Assembly (NCBI GenBank): GCA_045863295.1
Contig: BTWA01000028.1
Span: 1 to 64,000, forward strand
Origin: Candidatus Hydrogenedentota bacterium
GTDB lineage: Bacteria > Hydrogenedentota > Hydrogenedentia > Hydrogenedentales > SLHB01
DNA length: 64,000 nucleotides
Direction of reading: 5' to 3'
Position 1 is the stretch's first letter. Every line of letters starts with the position of its first letter. Below are positions 33,357-43,175 of this stretch, piece by piece. The translations under genes and the position numbers were made by a program. The notes under the pieces were generated by a model. It was not told where the DNA came from, did not search any database, and saw nothing but the letters and a program-made list of their open reading frames with translations.

Positions 33357-33406
33357 ACCTTCTCCTCGATTCGCACTGGGGGTTGGTCCGTCTTCGAAGT
33401 TGCCGC

Positions 33407-34165
33407 TTACTCTTCCTTGATATAAATATTGCGGAACTGAACTAAACTGGAAGCGCTGTTCCACTCATCCTTGGCCGCATCGTAGCCGCCATGGTGCTGC
33501 AATGCAATAGGGCCCTTCGCGGGCACGCCGGGCAATTGGGCATTCTCAATCACCTTCTTGCCGTTCAATTCCACGGTAAGACGGTCGCCTTTCATCGTAA
33601 TGACAAACGTGTTCCACTCGCCCACAGGATTGTCCGCGTTCATTTTGGGGGTGACGCCGGCACGAACTTCCGGCGTTGCACTTTCGGACATCCGGTAGCC
33701 ATACACCTCTCCAGACCCGATGGGCCAACACCAGATGTTGACTTGCGCATTCGGCGTGCCGCGCAAATAGATACCGGAGTCCGCATTGGGCATCTTCGTG
33801 GTAATGGTCTTGCCGTCGGCATCCTTTTGGTCCGTTCCATCAGGCAACACGGTCGGCACAGGATAACCTTCGCCTTTGGTTTCTTTGATGCGCCACTCAC
33901 AGTGCAACGTGAAATCTCCGTACTCGCCGGCGCTCCACAGACTTTGGTCGCCTTTGCGGCCTTGTTTTGGATTGCAGTCGATTGTACGGTCGACGACGGT
34001 CCAGATATCTCCCGCACCGTCGGGGAGTTTCCACCCGTCAAGATCTTCGCCATTGAACAACGGCTTCCAACCATCCCCAGCGGGCGGCTCCGCCATCGCT
34101 GGCGACGCAAAAAAGAATGGAGTTGCGAGCAAGAGTGCGAAGCAAGGCAGAATCAGGCGCTTCAT
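33407..34165 (-). CDS. DUF1080 (3-keto-glycoside processing family) secreted protein
   Basis: WKPLFNGEDLDGW, YGDFTL, DSGIYLR, GEWN, GPIALQHH, FRNIYIK. Confidence 0.9.
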   Translation of the reverse strand: MKRLILPCFALLLATPFFFASPAMAEPPAGDGWKPLFNGEDLDGWKLPDGAGDIWTVVDRTIDCNPKQGRKGDQSLWSAGEYGDFTLHCEWRIKETKGEGYPVPTVLPDGTDQKDADGKTITTKMPNADSGIYLRGTPNAQVNIWCWPIGSGEVYGYRMSESATPEVRAGVTPKMNADNPVGEWNTFVITMKGDRLTVELNGKKVIENAQLPGVPAKGPIALQHHGGYDAAKDEWNSASSLVQFRNIYIKEE

Positions 34166-34283
34166 GACAAGGTCTCCTAAATCGTGAACGAGTTACATCG
34201 CCACAGTATGCAGGTTGTCCGTCAGAAAAGAAAAGCTTTGCACAAATCAGGGACACCCAACCGGGCGCAACTGGAGTTCCCGG

Positions 34284-34916
34284 CTACTTCAACTCCTTAA
34301 TCCGGACGTCCTTGTACCAAGCCTCACTCGGCGGACCGGAATGAATCTGCAACCCAATGATCCCGGTGCGCGCAATGGCGTCGTCCTCCTCGGTATAGTC
34401 CACCGTCTGAACGCCGTTCAGCCAAAGCTGGATCCGCGGCCCTTCGCATCGAATGACATATTCATTCCACTCGCCGGGCTTCAACGCCTTCTTCAAGGTG
34501 GCCTCGTCGGGACCCGCCAACACTTTGTTCCTCCGAGACTCGTCGTACAGGCACCCCCAGTACCCTTCCCCCATGTCAGCCTGGTAACCCGACACCTCAT
34601 GATGGTCAGGAATGCGTGTGGTGCGAAACTGGACTCCTGCGTTGGCCTTTTCCCCCACTAGCTTAAACTTCAAAGTCAGCTCGAAATCGCCATACTCGCG
34701 CTTCGTACACAGAAACTCATTACGCGGTATCGCGTCCTCCATCGACCCACCCACAATGGCCCCGTCTTCGACACGAAAGAAATCAAGATTCCCCTCCCAT
34801 CCGGCAAAGGTCTCCCCATCAAACAGCGGCGCCCCGGCGTCCTTTGCTACGGCTGTTAAAACCACGGCCAATGCAACAATTGACCCAAAGCGTGCGAACG
34901 CGATCACTTTCATCAT
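34284..34916 (-). CDS. DUF1080 family secreted protein
   Basis: LFDGETFAGW, YGDFEL, NAGVQFR, GYQAD, GEWNEY, GIIGLQIHSG. Confidence 0.9.
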   Translation of the reverse strand: MMKVIAFARFGSIVALAVVLTAVAKDAGAPLFDGETFAGWEGNLDFFRVEDGAIVGGSMEDAIPRNEFLCTKREYGDFELTLKFKLVGEKANAGVQFRTTRIPDHHEVSGYQADMGEGYWGCLYDESRRNKVLAGPDEATLKKALKPGEWNEYVIRCEGPRIQLWLNGVQTVDYTEEDDAIARTGIIGLQIHSGPPSEAWYKDVRIKELK

Positions 34917-35006
34917 GGCTTGCTCTCCACCCGAGATTTCGCCATCATCTTACTCCAATCGCCGTTTTAACCGCCAAGCCTGCGAAACTGACGAGAGACG
35001 CGTCGC

Positions 35007-35567
35007 ATGAACAACTTAATAACGGCAGTGTCCGAAGTAAATGACTTCATGGCCTCAAAGGGCTGGACCTACTGCCTAATTCGCGGCCTCGCTGTTCAGC
35101 ACTGGGGTGAGCCCCGCACGACGCTAGACGCAGACTTCACGTTGATTACGGGCTGGGGCCAAGAAGCCCCCTACATAGACACACTCTTGAGTCAGTTTGA
35201 ATCGCGCATACCAGATGCCCGGCAAATCGCGTTGACCCATCGGATCCTTCTCGTTCATGCGTCCAATGGCGTGCCAGTGGATATTGCACTAGGGGCCATA
35301 CCTTTTGAAATCGAAATGATGAATCGTGCCACCCATATCGACCTCGCGCCAGGTTGCAGCGTCCCCTGTTGCACTGCCGAAGACTTGTTCATTATGAAGG
35401 CATTTGCCGGCCGGCCGAAAGATTGGGGAGACGCCGAAAGCATCCTGGCCCGGCAGCCGCAACTTGATGTAAACTACATCAGGCAACATCTATCAGATCT
35501 TTGCAGCGCCAAAAAGGATACACTAACTCTTCAGAAAGCGTTGGCACTGCTCGGAGCGGCCTCATGA
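35007..35567 (+). CDS. DNA pol beta-superfamily nucleotidyltransferase (AbiEii/DUF6036-like)
   Basis: I[R]GLAV..GEPRTTLDAD, VDI, EDLFIMKAFAGRPKD. Confidence 0.75.
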   Translation: MNNLITAVSEVNDFMASKGWTYCLIRGLAVQHWGEPRTTLDADFTLITGWGQEAPYIDTLLSQFESRIPDARQIALTHRILLVHASNGVPVDIALGAIPFEIEMMNRATHIDLAPGCSVPCCTAEDLFIMKAFAGRPKDWGDAESILARQPQLDVNYIRQHLSDLCSAKKDTLTLQKALALLGAAS

Positions 35568-35812
35568 ATATGCCTTCCCCAGAAGAACAGCGCACTCTTA
35601 TTCTCCAATGGGAGGAAACCGGCCGATTCCTCGACGAACTCCGGCGAAAAGAACTGCGCGGCAAACCCTACAACTGGCAAGAAGTCGACACCCTGCTCCA
35701 ACTCGCCGACAACTACGACGGCCCCATCGATTCCAGCGGCATCATCGAAATGCAACGCCTCTTCATGCAACACCCATTCTATAAAGACCCCAAAAACAAA
35801 ATCACCGGCTGA
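35564..35812 (+). CDS. small helical protein coupled to the nucleotidyltransferase (putative antitoxin/partner)
   Basis: ATGA overlap; QWEETG..LDELRRKEL...SSGIIEMQRLF. Confidence 0.65.
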   Translation: MNMPSPEEQRTLILQWEETGRFLDELRRKELRGKPYNWQEVDTLLQLADNYDGPIDSSGIIEMQRLFMQHPFYKDPKNKITG

Positions 35813-36032
35813 TACCCAGTACAAAGCCTCGCAAGCTGGAGTTTCCTAGGCATCCTAATCTACAGTACAGACGCAAGGAGGCGGTAGCCAGACAGAAAAT
35901 AGGATTCGGGGGAAAATGCCGCGAATTTTTGGCGGTCGATTTGGCATCGTGCCGATTTCTCCTTACCTGCAAATCTTGTTGCGAAAGCCTTTCAAAAATT
36001 CATACCTTTGCGCCGGGTTTTCGGGTTTATCC

Positions 36033-36062
36033 TTGAATCCAAAACCGTTCTCGCGGTACACT
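36033..36062 (+). promoter_or_regulatory. sigma70-like promoter upstream of ppdK
   Basis: TTGAAT-N18-TACACT. Confidence 0.4.
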
Positions 36063-36182
36063 ACGCCGTATTTTGTCCCCAGGGGTTTTTTTGGCGGATG
36101 GGGTTCGTGATCGCGACTGGGTTCGCGCCTACCTCACTCACTGCAGCACGCTCTCCACGGGCGATTTAAGGAGATTGGACAC

Positions 36183-38939
36183 ATGGCTAAAGCGAAGAAA
36201 TACGTGTATTTCTTTGGCGGCGGCAAGGCCGAGGGCAAAGGAAGCATGAAGGAGCTGCTGGGCGGCAAGGGTGCAAACCTCGCCGACATGTGCGGCTTGG
36301 GAATTCCGGTACCGGCCGGCTTCACCATCACGACCGAAGTCTGCACCGAGTACTACAAAAACAAGAACAAGTTGCCCAAGGAAGTCGGCATTCAGGTCGA
36401 AGAAGCCCTGAAAAAGGTCGAAAAGGTCATGGGCAAGAAGTTCGACAATCCGAAGGACCCGCTCTTGCTGTCGGTCCGCTCGGGTGCGCGCACCTCGATG
36501 CCGGGCATGATGGAAACCATGTTGAACGTCGGCCTGACCAAGGCGACGATTCCAGGGCTCATCGCGCAGAGCGGCGACGAACGCTTTGTGTGGGACGCGT
36601 ACCGCCGGTTGATTACCATGTACTCCGACGTGGTGATGGAAAAGGCGGCGGGAATTACGCCGGAAGACGGCCACGGCGTGCGTCATCAGCTCGAACACGC
36701 GATGGACGCCATGAAGAAGGCCAAGGGAGTAACGGAAGACACCGACCTCGACGCGAACGATCTGAAGCAGCTCTGCGAAGAGTACAAGAAGATCGTGAAA
36801 AGCGTGTTGGGCAAACCCTTCCCCGATGATTCCCGCGAACAGATGTGGGGCGGCGTCAAAGCCGTGTTTCAATCCTGGATGGGCCGCCGTGCAATTTCCT
36901 ACCGCCGTATCGAAAGCATCCCCGACGAATGGGGCACGGCCGTCAATGTGCAGGCCATGGTGTTCGGCAACATGGGCGAATCGTCCGCCACGGGCGTGGC
37001 GTTTACGCGCGACCCCTCGACGGGCGACGAGAAGTTCTACGGCGAATGGCTGGTGAACGCGCAGGGTGAAGACGTGGTGGCGGGTATCCGCACGCCATCG
37101 CCCCTGAACGAAGCCACCAAGACCGATCACTCGAAGCACCTTGTGTCTCTGGAGAAAGCCAATTCAAAGGCCTACAAGGAACTGGTCGCGATCCGGAACA
37201 AGCTGGAAAAGCACTATCGCGACATGCAGGACATCGAATTCACGATCGAAAAAGGCCGTGTGTGGATGCTTCAGACCCGCACGGGCAAACGCACCGGCAC
37301 GGCTGCGGTCCGCATGGCCGTGGAGATGTGTGAAGACAAGCTGATCGACAAAACCACCGCGATCATGCGCGTCAAGCCGGAACAGTTGGATGAGTTGCTC
37401 CACCCGATGCTCAATCCCGCCTCCGAAAAATCGGCGAACGTGCTGGCAAAGGGCTTGCCGGCGGGTCCCGGCGGCGGCGTCGGCCAAATCGTGCTCGATG
37501 CCGACAAGGCCGAACAATGGTCGAAACAAGGCAAAAAGGTAATCCTGGTCCGCAACGAAACGTCGCCAGAAGACGTCCACGGAATGCACGTGGCGCAAGC
37601 CATCCTGACCGCCAAGGGTGGCATGACCTCGCACGCGGCCCTCGTGGCCCGCGGTTGGGGCAAGTGCTGCATCGTGGGTTGTTCCGCGCTGGACATCAAT
37701 ACGAAGACCCGTGAGGTCAAAGTAAACGGCAAGACCTTCAAGGAAGGCGATTGGTTCTCCTTGAACGGTTCGCGCGGCATTGTCTACGAGGGCCAGGTCC
37801 CTGTGAGCCCGGCGGACCCGGACAAGAACCCCTGGTACAAGAAGTTGATGAAGTGGGTCGACGAGATCCGCGAAATCAAGGTGCGCACCAACGCCGAGCG
37901 CCCGGAAGACGCGCAACAGGCAATTGTGTTCGGAGCGGAAGGTATCGGCCTGGCCCGCACCGAGCATATGTTCTTCGAACCGGAACGCATCATTCACGTG
38001 CGTGAGATGATCCTGGCCGAAGACGAAAATGTCCGCCGCGCCGCTGTGATGAAGCTGCTGCCCTTCCAGAAGAAGGACTTCATCGGCATTTTCAAGGCCA
38101 TGGCCGGTAAGCCTGTGACGGTGCGTCTGCTCGATCCGCCGCTGCACGAGTTCATCACGCTCGACGACGCTCAAGTGAAGGAATTGTCGAAACAGATCGG
38201 CATTTCCCCGGAAAAGATCACGAGCCGCATGCGCGCGCTACACGAGTTGAATCCCATGCTGGGCCACCGTGGCTGCCGCCTCGGCATCGCCTATCCGGAA
38301 ATCACCGAAATGCAGGCTCGAGCCATCCTCGAAGCCACTGCTGAACTCACCAAGCAAAAGGTCAAGGTGCTGCCGGAAATCATGGTGCCTTTGGTCGGCC
38401 ACGTCAACGAATTGGCCCACCAAGAAGCCATCATCCGCCGAGTGGCGGACGAAGTGGCCAAGAAGTACGGCGTGAAGAAGCTCGAGTACATGGTCGGCAC
38501 CATGATCGAAGTACCCCGCGCCGCGCTTACGGCCGACAAGATCGCGAACGTGGCGGAGTTCTTCAGTTTCGGCACGAACGATCTGACTCAAATGGGCTTC
38601 GGTTTTTCGCGCGACGACATCGGCGGTTTCCTGCCCTCGTATCTTGATGGCAAAGTCTTGCCAGCCGACCCCTTCCAGACCCTGGATCAGGAAGGCATCG
38701 GCCAACTCATCAAAATGGCGGTGGAACGCGGCCGCGATTCGCGCCCCGGCCTGAAGTGCGGCATCTGTGGCGAACACGGCGGCGATCCGGCTTCCGTCAA
38801 ATTCTGCCACCGTGTTGGCTTGGATTATGTAAGCTGTAGCCCATTCCGCGTGCCAATCGCGCGCCTTGCGGCGGCGCAAGCGGCGATCGAAACGCCGCGT
38901 AAGTCCAAGGGCAAAAAGAAGGCGGGCAAGAAGAAATAG
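36183..38939 (+). CDS. ppdK: pyruvate, phosphate dikinase
   Basis: LGGKGANL, SVRSGA, QGEDVVAG, GGMTSHAA phospho-His motif, SFGTNDLTQ, GICGEHGG; AAGGAG RBS. Confidence 0.98.
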   Translation: MAKAKKYVYFFGGGKAEGKGSMKELLGGKGANLADMCGLGIPVPAGFTITTEVCTEYYKNKNKLPKEVGIQVEEALKKVEKVMGKKFDNPKDPLLLSVRSGARTSMPGMMETMLNVGLTKATIPGLIAQSGDERFVWDAYRRLITMYSDVVMEKAAGITPEDGHGVRHQLEHAMDAMKKAKGVTEDTDLDANDLKQLCEEYKKIVKSVLGKPFPDDSREQMWGGVKAVFQSWMGRRAISYRRIESIPDEWGTAVNVQAMVFGNMGESSATGVAFTRDPSTGDEKFYGEWLVNAQGEDVVAGIRTPSPLNEATKTDHSKHLVSLEKANSKAYKELVAIRNKLEKHYRDMQDIEFTIEKGRVWMLQTRTGKRTGTAAVRMAVEMCEDKLIDKTTAIMRVKPEQLDELLHPMLNPASEKSANVLAKGLPAGPGGGVGQIVLDADKAEQWSKQGKKVILVRNETSPEDVHGMHVAQAILTAKGGMTSHAALVARGWGKCCIVGCSALDINTKTREVKVNGKTFKEGDWFSLNGSRGIVYEGQVPVSPADPDKNPWYKKLMKWVDEIREIKVRTNAERPEDAQQAIVFGAEGIGLARTEHMFFEPERIIHVREMILAEDENVRRAAVMKLLPFQKKDFIGIFKAMAGKPVTVRLLDPPLHEFITLDDAQVKELSKQIGISPEKITSRMRALHELNPMLGHRGCRLGIAYPEITEMQARAILEATAELTKQKVKVLPEIMVPLVGHVNELAHQEAIIRRVADEVAKKYGVKKLEYMVGTMIEVPRAALTADKIANVAEFFSFGTNDLTQMGFGFSRDDIGGFLPSYLDGKVLPADPFQTLDQEGIGQLIKMAVERGRDSRPGLKCGICGEHGGDPASVKFCHRVGLDYVSCSPFRVPIARLAAAQAAIETPRKSKGKKKAGKKK

Positions 38940-38962
38940 TCCGGCTTGTCTCACGAAAGATG

Positions 38963-39001
38963 AACCGCGCCCGTGGCCAAAAGCCGCGGGCGCGGTTTTT
39001 G
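38963..39001 (+). terminator. intrinsic terminator after ppdK
   Basis: AACCGCGCCCG(T/C)GGC stem followed by TTTTT. Confidence 0.85.
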
Positions 39002-39018
39002 TTCAACAATGGTGAAAT

Positions 39019-39834
39019 CTACTTGAACCGGTTCAGCACGGTTTGCCGGTAACGTTCCTCACCCAATGTTCCCTGCGTCTTCATATCGGCGGGAAATTGC
39101 GCAGCCAATTGTTGTAGCAAGACAATCCGGTTCTGCGTCAACGGATGCGACGACAGCAAGGCGAAGGGCATTGAGCCGCCCCCGGACTGTTCCTGTTCCA
39201 GCATCCGGCTCATAAACGAAACCATGGCGTCGGGATTGTAGCCCGCGCGAAACAGTACGTCCATGCCCAGTTTGTCGGCCTCGCGTTCCTGATCGCGCGA
39301 AAACTTCAACGTGGCCATTCCGCCAATTATTTGCGCGCCTGCCTGCCCGATGGGTTTTCCTTCGAGCGCGGCATTTGCCGCCGCAATCAGCAGTTCCAGT
39401 TGTTGTTGCCTGGCAATGGATTCGCCGTGATGCTCTGCCGCCACGTGGGCAATTTCGTGGCCCATTACAGACGCCAGTTCCGCCTCGTTCTGGCAGAGCT
39501 TCAACAGGCCCGTATAGATATACATATGCCCGCCCGGGAGCGCGAATGCGTTTAGCTCGTCCTTCTCAATGACGGTAAACCGGTATTCGACGTTCTGCCG
39601 TGGCGACACCCGCGCCAGCCGGTCGCCAATCTCGCCGATGTACTTCTGAATGGACGCGTCGTCAAGCACTTTTTCCGTCTTTTCGACTTCTTGTGAAAGC
39701 TGGGCACCAATTGCCATTTCCTGCTCTTCGGACAGAGCGCTGGGCGGGGTGTAGGTGCCTTCCCCCGTGGTGGCGCAACCGGACACAACTCCGGCCGCGA
39801 TCAGAGTCAATCCGATGATCCAAGGCAGTCGCAT
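39019..39834 (-). CDS. M48 family metalloprotease lipoprotein (BepA/LoiP-like)
   Basis: VSGC lipobox; NAFALPGG, HEIAH, FSRDQEREAD, SSHP. Confidence 0.92.
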   Translation of the reverse strand: MRLPWIIGLTLIAAGVVSGCATTGEGTYTPPSALSEEQEMAIGAQLSQEVEKTEKVLDDASIQKYIGEIGDRLARVSPRQNVEYRFTVIEKDELNAFALPGGHMYIYTGLLKLCQNEAELASVMGHEIAHVAAEHHGESIARQQQLELLIAAANAALEGKPIGQAGAQIIGGMATLKFSRDQEREADKLGMDVLFRAGYNPDAMVSFMSRMLEQEQSGGGSMPFALLSSHPLTQNRIVLLQQLAAQFPADMKTQGTLGEERYRQTVLNRFK

Positions 39835-39959
39835 TCATGCAATTCCTTATGGTATGGCGGTATTCCGCCTGATGCTGCCGCGCAAGAAACGAAACGGGGT
39901 ATGCAAGCAAAGCCAGCATACCCCGAGTCTCTACAAGCAAATCAATCAGGTCAAACCCA

Positions 39960-40478
39960 TTAGTCGCCCTGATACAGCGGTATCTTTGAGCCGCACTGTT
40001 GTACCGGAAGTATTTCCTCAAACTTCTCTGGCGAAACGGACGGGCCCTTTGATGTGCAATGCGCATTGAAGGCTTTGCGCAATTCGTTCGCGATTTCTAC
40101 TGCATTTCGCTGTTCGATGTGGTGGCGCTGCATGGCAAAGAACGGCTTTCCGTCTTTAAACAGGATGACGTTGGGAGAACTTGGCGGCAATTCTGGTCCG
40201 ATGAGTTGGCGGGCGCGTTGCGTGGCTTCGGTGTCCATTCCGGCAAAGACAGTATACAGCTTGTCGGGAATGAGGTCATTTTGCAGGGCCAACATGACCC
40301 CAGGCCGACAGGCACCGGCGGCGCATCCGCACACCGAATTAATGACGAGCATGGCCGTGCCCGTGGACTGTCCCAAGGCTGCGTCTACAGCGTCAGGCGT
40401 TGTCAAAGGCGTTATGCCCACTTCCACCAGTTCCTCCCACATGGGCCGAACGGCTTCCGGATCGTACATTGGAGGCAT
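39960..40478 (-). CDS. BrxA/BrxB family bacilliredoxin-like protein
   Basis: PMWEEL, NSVCGCAAG..RP, TVFAGMD, PPSSP, RHHIE; GGGGAG RBS before ATG 40478. Confidence 0.88.
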   Translation of the reverse strand: MPPMYDPEAVRPMWEELVEVGITPLTTPDAVDAALGQSTGTAMLVINSVCGCAAGACRPGVMLALQNDLIPDKLYTVFAGMDTEATQRARQLIGPELPPSSPNVILFKDGKPFFAMQRHHIEQRNAVEIANELRKAFNAHCTSKGPSVSPEKFEEILPVQQCGSKIPLYQGD

Positions 40479-40768
40479 ACTTGGAAACTCCCCTTGGGTT
40501 TTCAGAGGCTGGTAGGATATCAGGCGAGCCCCGCTGCAGGCGAGTTTTGCCTCGCTTGGCGCCATCCCTTGCCTTTTCCCCTCGAACATGCTTGTACAGG
40601 GGGTTTATTCCCCGTTTGTAGGCCGAATCGGGCGCGGGCGAAACCTGACACCCTCCGGGCTCGTCTGTCATTGTGACTCGTACTTACCGGTTTTGAACGG
40701 TTTGCCCCGTGGGTAATATGGTGTAGGCTACTTGGCGGAGTCAGGTTGAGAGCAAAGGGGAACTGGGC

Positions 40769-41707
40769 ATGTCAGGCGCTGCCGCGTCTCGCGTTGGGTT
40801 TATGTTTGCCGTCGTAGGTCTGATATTGGCAAGCGGGTGTCCACTTAATCCGCCGGCCAAAGGATTTCCAGGACCTTACAGCTACGTGGAATGGAAGACA
40901 GATTACGCGAACGGGTTTCCCCTCAGTATTTACTATCCCAACCGCGACACCTTCAAGGACAAGGCACCGGTGATTATTTTCAACACCGGCTGGAATCAGG
41001 CACGCGGGTCTTACCTGGAATATGGGAGGCAACTGGCGGAATGGGGATTTGTCGTCGCCATACGTTTCTTTCCAAATCCGGACGTCCTGGGAATAGGACT
41101 AGACATAAATCAAGAGGAGGCGCATGTGGCGTTGGTTAGCGCCCTGATCGACTGGCTTGGCGAGCAGAACGAGAATTCCGCATCTCCCCTGTTTGAGTTG
41201 TTGGACATGGAGAAAGTCGGGGAGGCTGGCCACTCTCTAGGGACCAATTCGAACATGGCCGCGGCCATTGCCGACGATCGCATCAGGGCAATAGTTAACC
41301 TGGATGGCTGGTTCGATCACCCCGGTGGAGACTTCGTGACACATCTGCCGCACAAGAACGTGGCGATCATGTGGATAAACGCGGACCAGGGGTTATGCAC
41401 TGCGCGCGGACTTCCTGATTTGATCGACTTGTATGATTACGTTCCTTCGCCCGCAGCAGACGTGATGATTCACGGTGCTAGTCATATTGATTTCATGATT
41501 CTGCCAGCTTTACAGATGGAGTCGGCGAGCATCGTGTGCGGCCGGGGCCAACGGGATCAGGCAGAAGTACGTACGCTCGCTCTCAAGTACATGATATGCT
41601 GGTTTAATGTCCAGCTAAAGGGCATGACCGAATTCGAGGATTATTACAAGGGCGCGAAGGCTAAGTCGGACGAGAACGAATTTGACGTTTCGTTTCGATG
41701 GAAATAG
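40769..41707 (+). CDS. lipoprotein alpha/beta hydrolase (cutinase/chlorophyllase-like)
   Basis: ASGC lipobox; LAEWGFVV, GHSLG, GASHIDF. Confidence 0.8.
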   Translation: MSGAAASRVGFMFAVVGLILASGCPLNPPAKGFPGPYSYVEWKTDYANGFPLSIYYPNRDTFKDKAPVIIFNTGWNQARGSYLEYGRQLAEWGFVVAIRFFPNPDVLGIGLDINQEEAHVALVSALIDWLGEQNENSASPLFELLDMEKVGEAGHSLGTNSNMAAAIADDRIRAIVNLDGWFDHPGGDFVTHLPHKNVAIMWINADQGLCTARGLPDLIDLYDYVPSPAADVMIHGASHIDFMILPALQMESASIVCGRGQRDQAEVRTLALKYMICWFNVQLKGMTEFEDYYKGAKAKSDENEFDVSFRWK

Positions 41708-41819
41708 AGCCGTCGCCATTGCATGAGTTCTTGAGTATCGCGAACAGGACGCTCCCTCCCCCCATTTCAGTCCGCATTCAGATTTGAGGTGCTCAAGTAC
41801 ACTAAGGGGGACTCTTTTC

Positions 41820-43175
41820 ATGAGCCAGTGCAACGGCACACACCGTATTCCAGGTTGCAGGCGATTGCGGTATGGGATCGTTATTCCACTTGCTTTCCTC
41901 TCTGCTGGAATTGTAGCCGCGGACGACACGTCGTTGGCAAATGCCATTCTAGGGGACACGCGTCTGGACACCGTATTGACCCTTGCCAGGTCCACTGTTT
42001 CATCGGGTTTCAGCGCGGGATCGGGGTACGGCGAAGTCTGGATTCGCGACTTTACCACGTTTATGGAACTTGCCTGTGAAGTTCATCCCAAAGAACTTGT
42101 GCGCGACAAACTCCTGACCTTTTTCCACTTTCAGACCGAAAATGGGGATATCGCCGATGGATACATCCCCAGAGAGCAGGCGAACATCTCTTATAAGTAC
42201 CGCGAAAGCGCGTCGATGCCGGACGTGCTCGCACACAAGAATACAGTGGAAACGGACCAAGAAAGCTCGCTTGTCATTGGCGTTTGCCGATATGCGCGTT
42301 GTACCGGGGACACGGGGATCTTTGCGGAAGACATCAACGACATGACTGTCTCACAGCGTTTGGAACGTGCACTCGGTTATGTGCACGGACATCGGTTCGA
42401 TGTTACGCACGGTCTGGTGTGGGGCGCCACGACGGCTGACTGGGGCGACGTTCAACCCGAACATGAATGGGGCGTCGAACTTGACGAAAGCAGCCATCTT
42501 GCGATCGACATTTATGACAACGCATTGTACCTAGTTGCCATTGACGAATACCTGAATTCGGGAGCTGCGATTGACGAGGACACGCGGATCAAATGGCATG
42601 GAATTCGCCAGACTATTGCGGACGCCGTACGCGCTCATCTCTGGGACAAGGACCGTGGCAAGTTCGTGCCGCATATTTATCTCGAATCGTCGCCGTTTCC
42701 GGCAAGTTATGACGAGTCTGCCGTTCACTTTCACGGCGGCACAGCGGTTGCAATTGAGGCTGGACTCTTGTCCAGGCATGAAGTTACCCATGTACTACGT
42801 CAGATGAGGGCGAATGTACAGGCCGCCGGCGCGGCCTCCATCGGTTTGACTGTGTATCCTCCCTATCCAAGAGGCTTCTTCAAGAACCCCGGAATGGGGC
42901 CATACAGTTACCAGAATGGCGGTGATTGGACATGGTTCGGCGCGCGAATGATCAGGCAACTTGTACGGCATGGCCTGGTTGAGGAAGCGTACACCGAGTT
43001 GTTGCCAATGCTTGATCGAGTTATTGCCAATAAGGGTTTTCATGAGTGGTACACTGTGGACAACAAACCCAAGGGATCGGACACGTACCGAGGGTGCGCG
43101 GGAGTACTATACTCGGCCATTGTTGACCTGAGGGCTTGGGCTGCATCTCACGCGAATCTGGATATCAAGGAGTAG
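41820..43175 (+). CDS. six-hairpin glycoside hydrolase-like secreted protein
   Basis: VWIRDF, ETDQE, ADWGD, YQNGGDWTW, GFHEWY. Confidence 0.75.
   Translation: MSQCNGTHRIPGCRRLRYGIVIPLAFLSAGIVAADDTSLANAILGDTRLDTVLTLARSTVSSGFSAGSGYGEVWIRDFTTFMELACEVHPKELVRDKLLTFFHFQTENGDIADGYIPREQANISYKYRESASMPDVLAHKNTVETDQESSLVIGVCRYARCTGDTGIFAEDINDMTVSQRLERALGYVHGHRFDVTHGLVWGATTADWGDVQPEHEWGVELDESSHLAIDIYDNALYLVAIDEYLNSGAAIDEDTRIKWHGIRQTIADAVRAHLWDKDRGKFVPHIYLESSPFPASYDESAVHFHGGTAVAIEAGLLSRHEVTHVLRQMRANVQAAGAASIGLTVYPPYPRGFFKNPGMGPYSYQNGGDWTWFGARMIRQLVRHGLVEEAYTELLPMLDRVIANKGFHEWYTVDNKPKGSDTYRGCAGVLYSAIVDLRAWAASHANLDIKE

Noticed and set aside
34976..35840. Imperfect direct repeats AAGCCTgcgAAaCTG / AAGCCTcgcAAgCTG flanking the NTase pair
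   Set aside because: Only 11 of 15 bases match and there is no integrase or transposase; too weak to call att sites.
36138..38954. Long antisense ORFs (333, 336, 238 aa) over ppdK
   Set aside because: Shadow frames expected from strong codon bias; no recognisable motifs.
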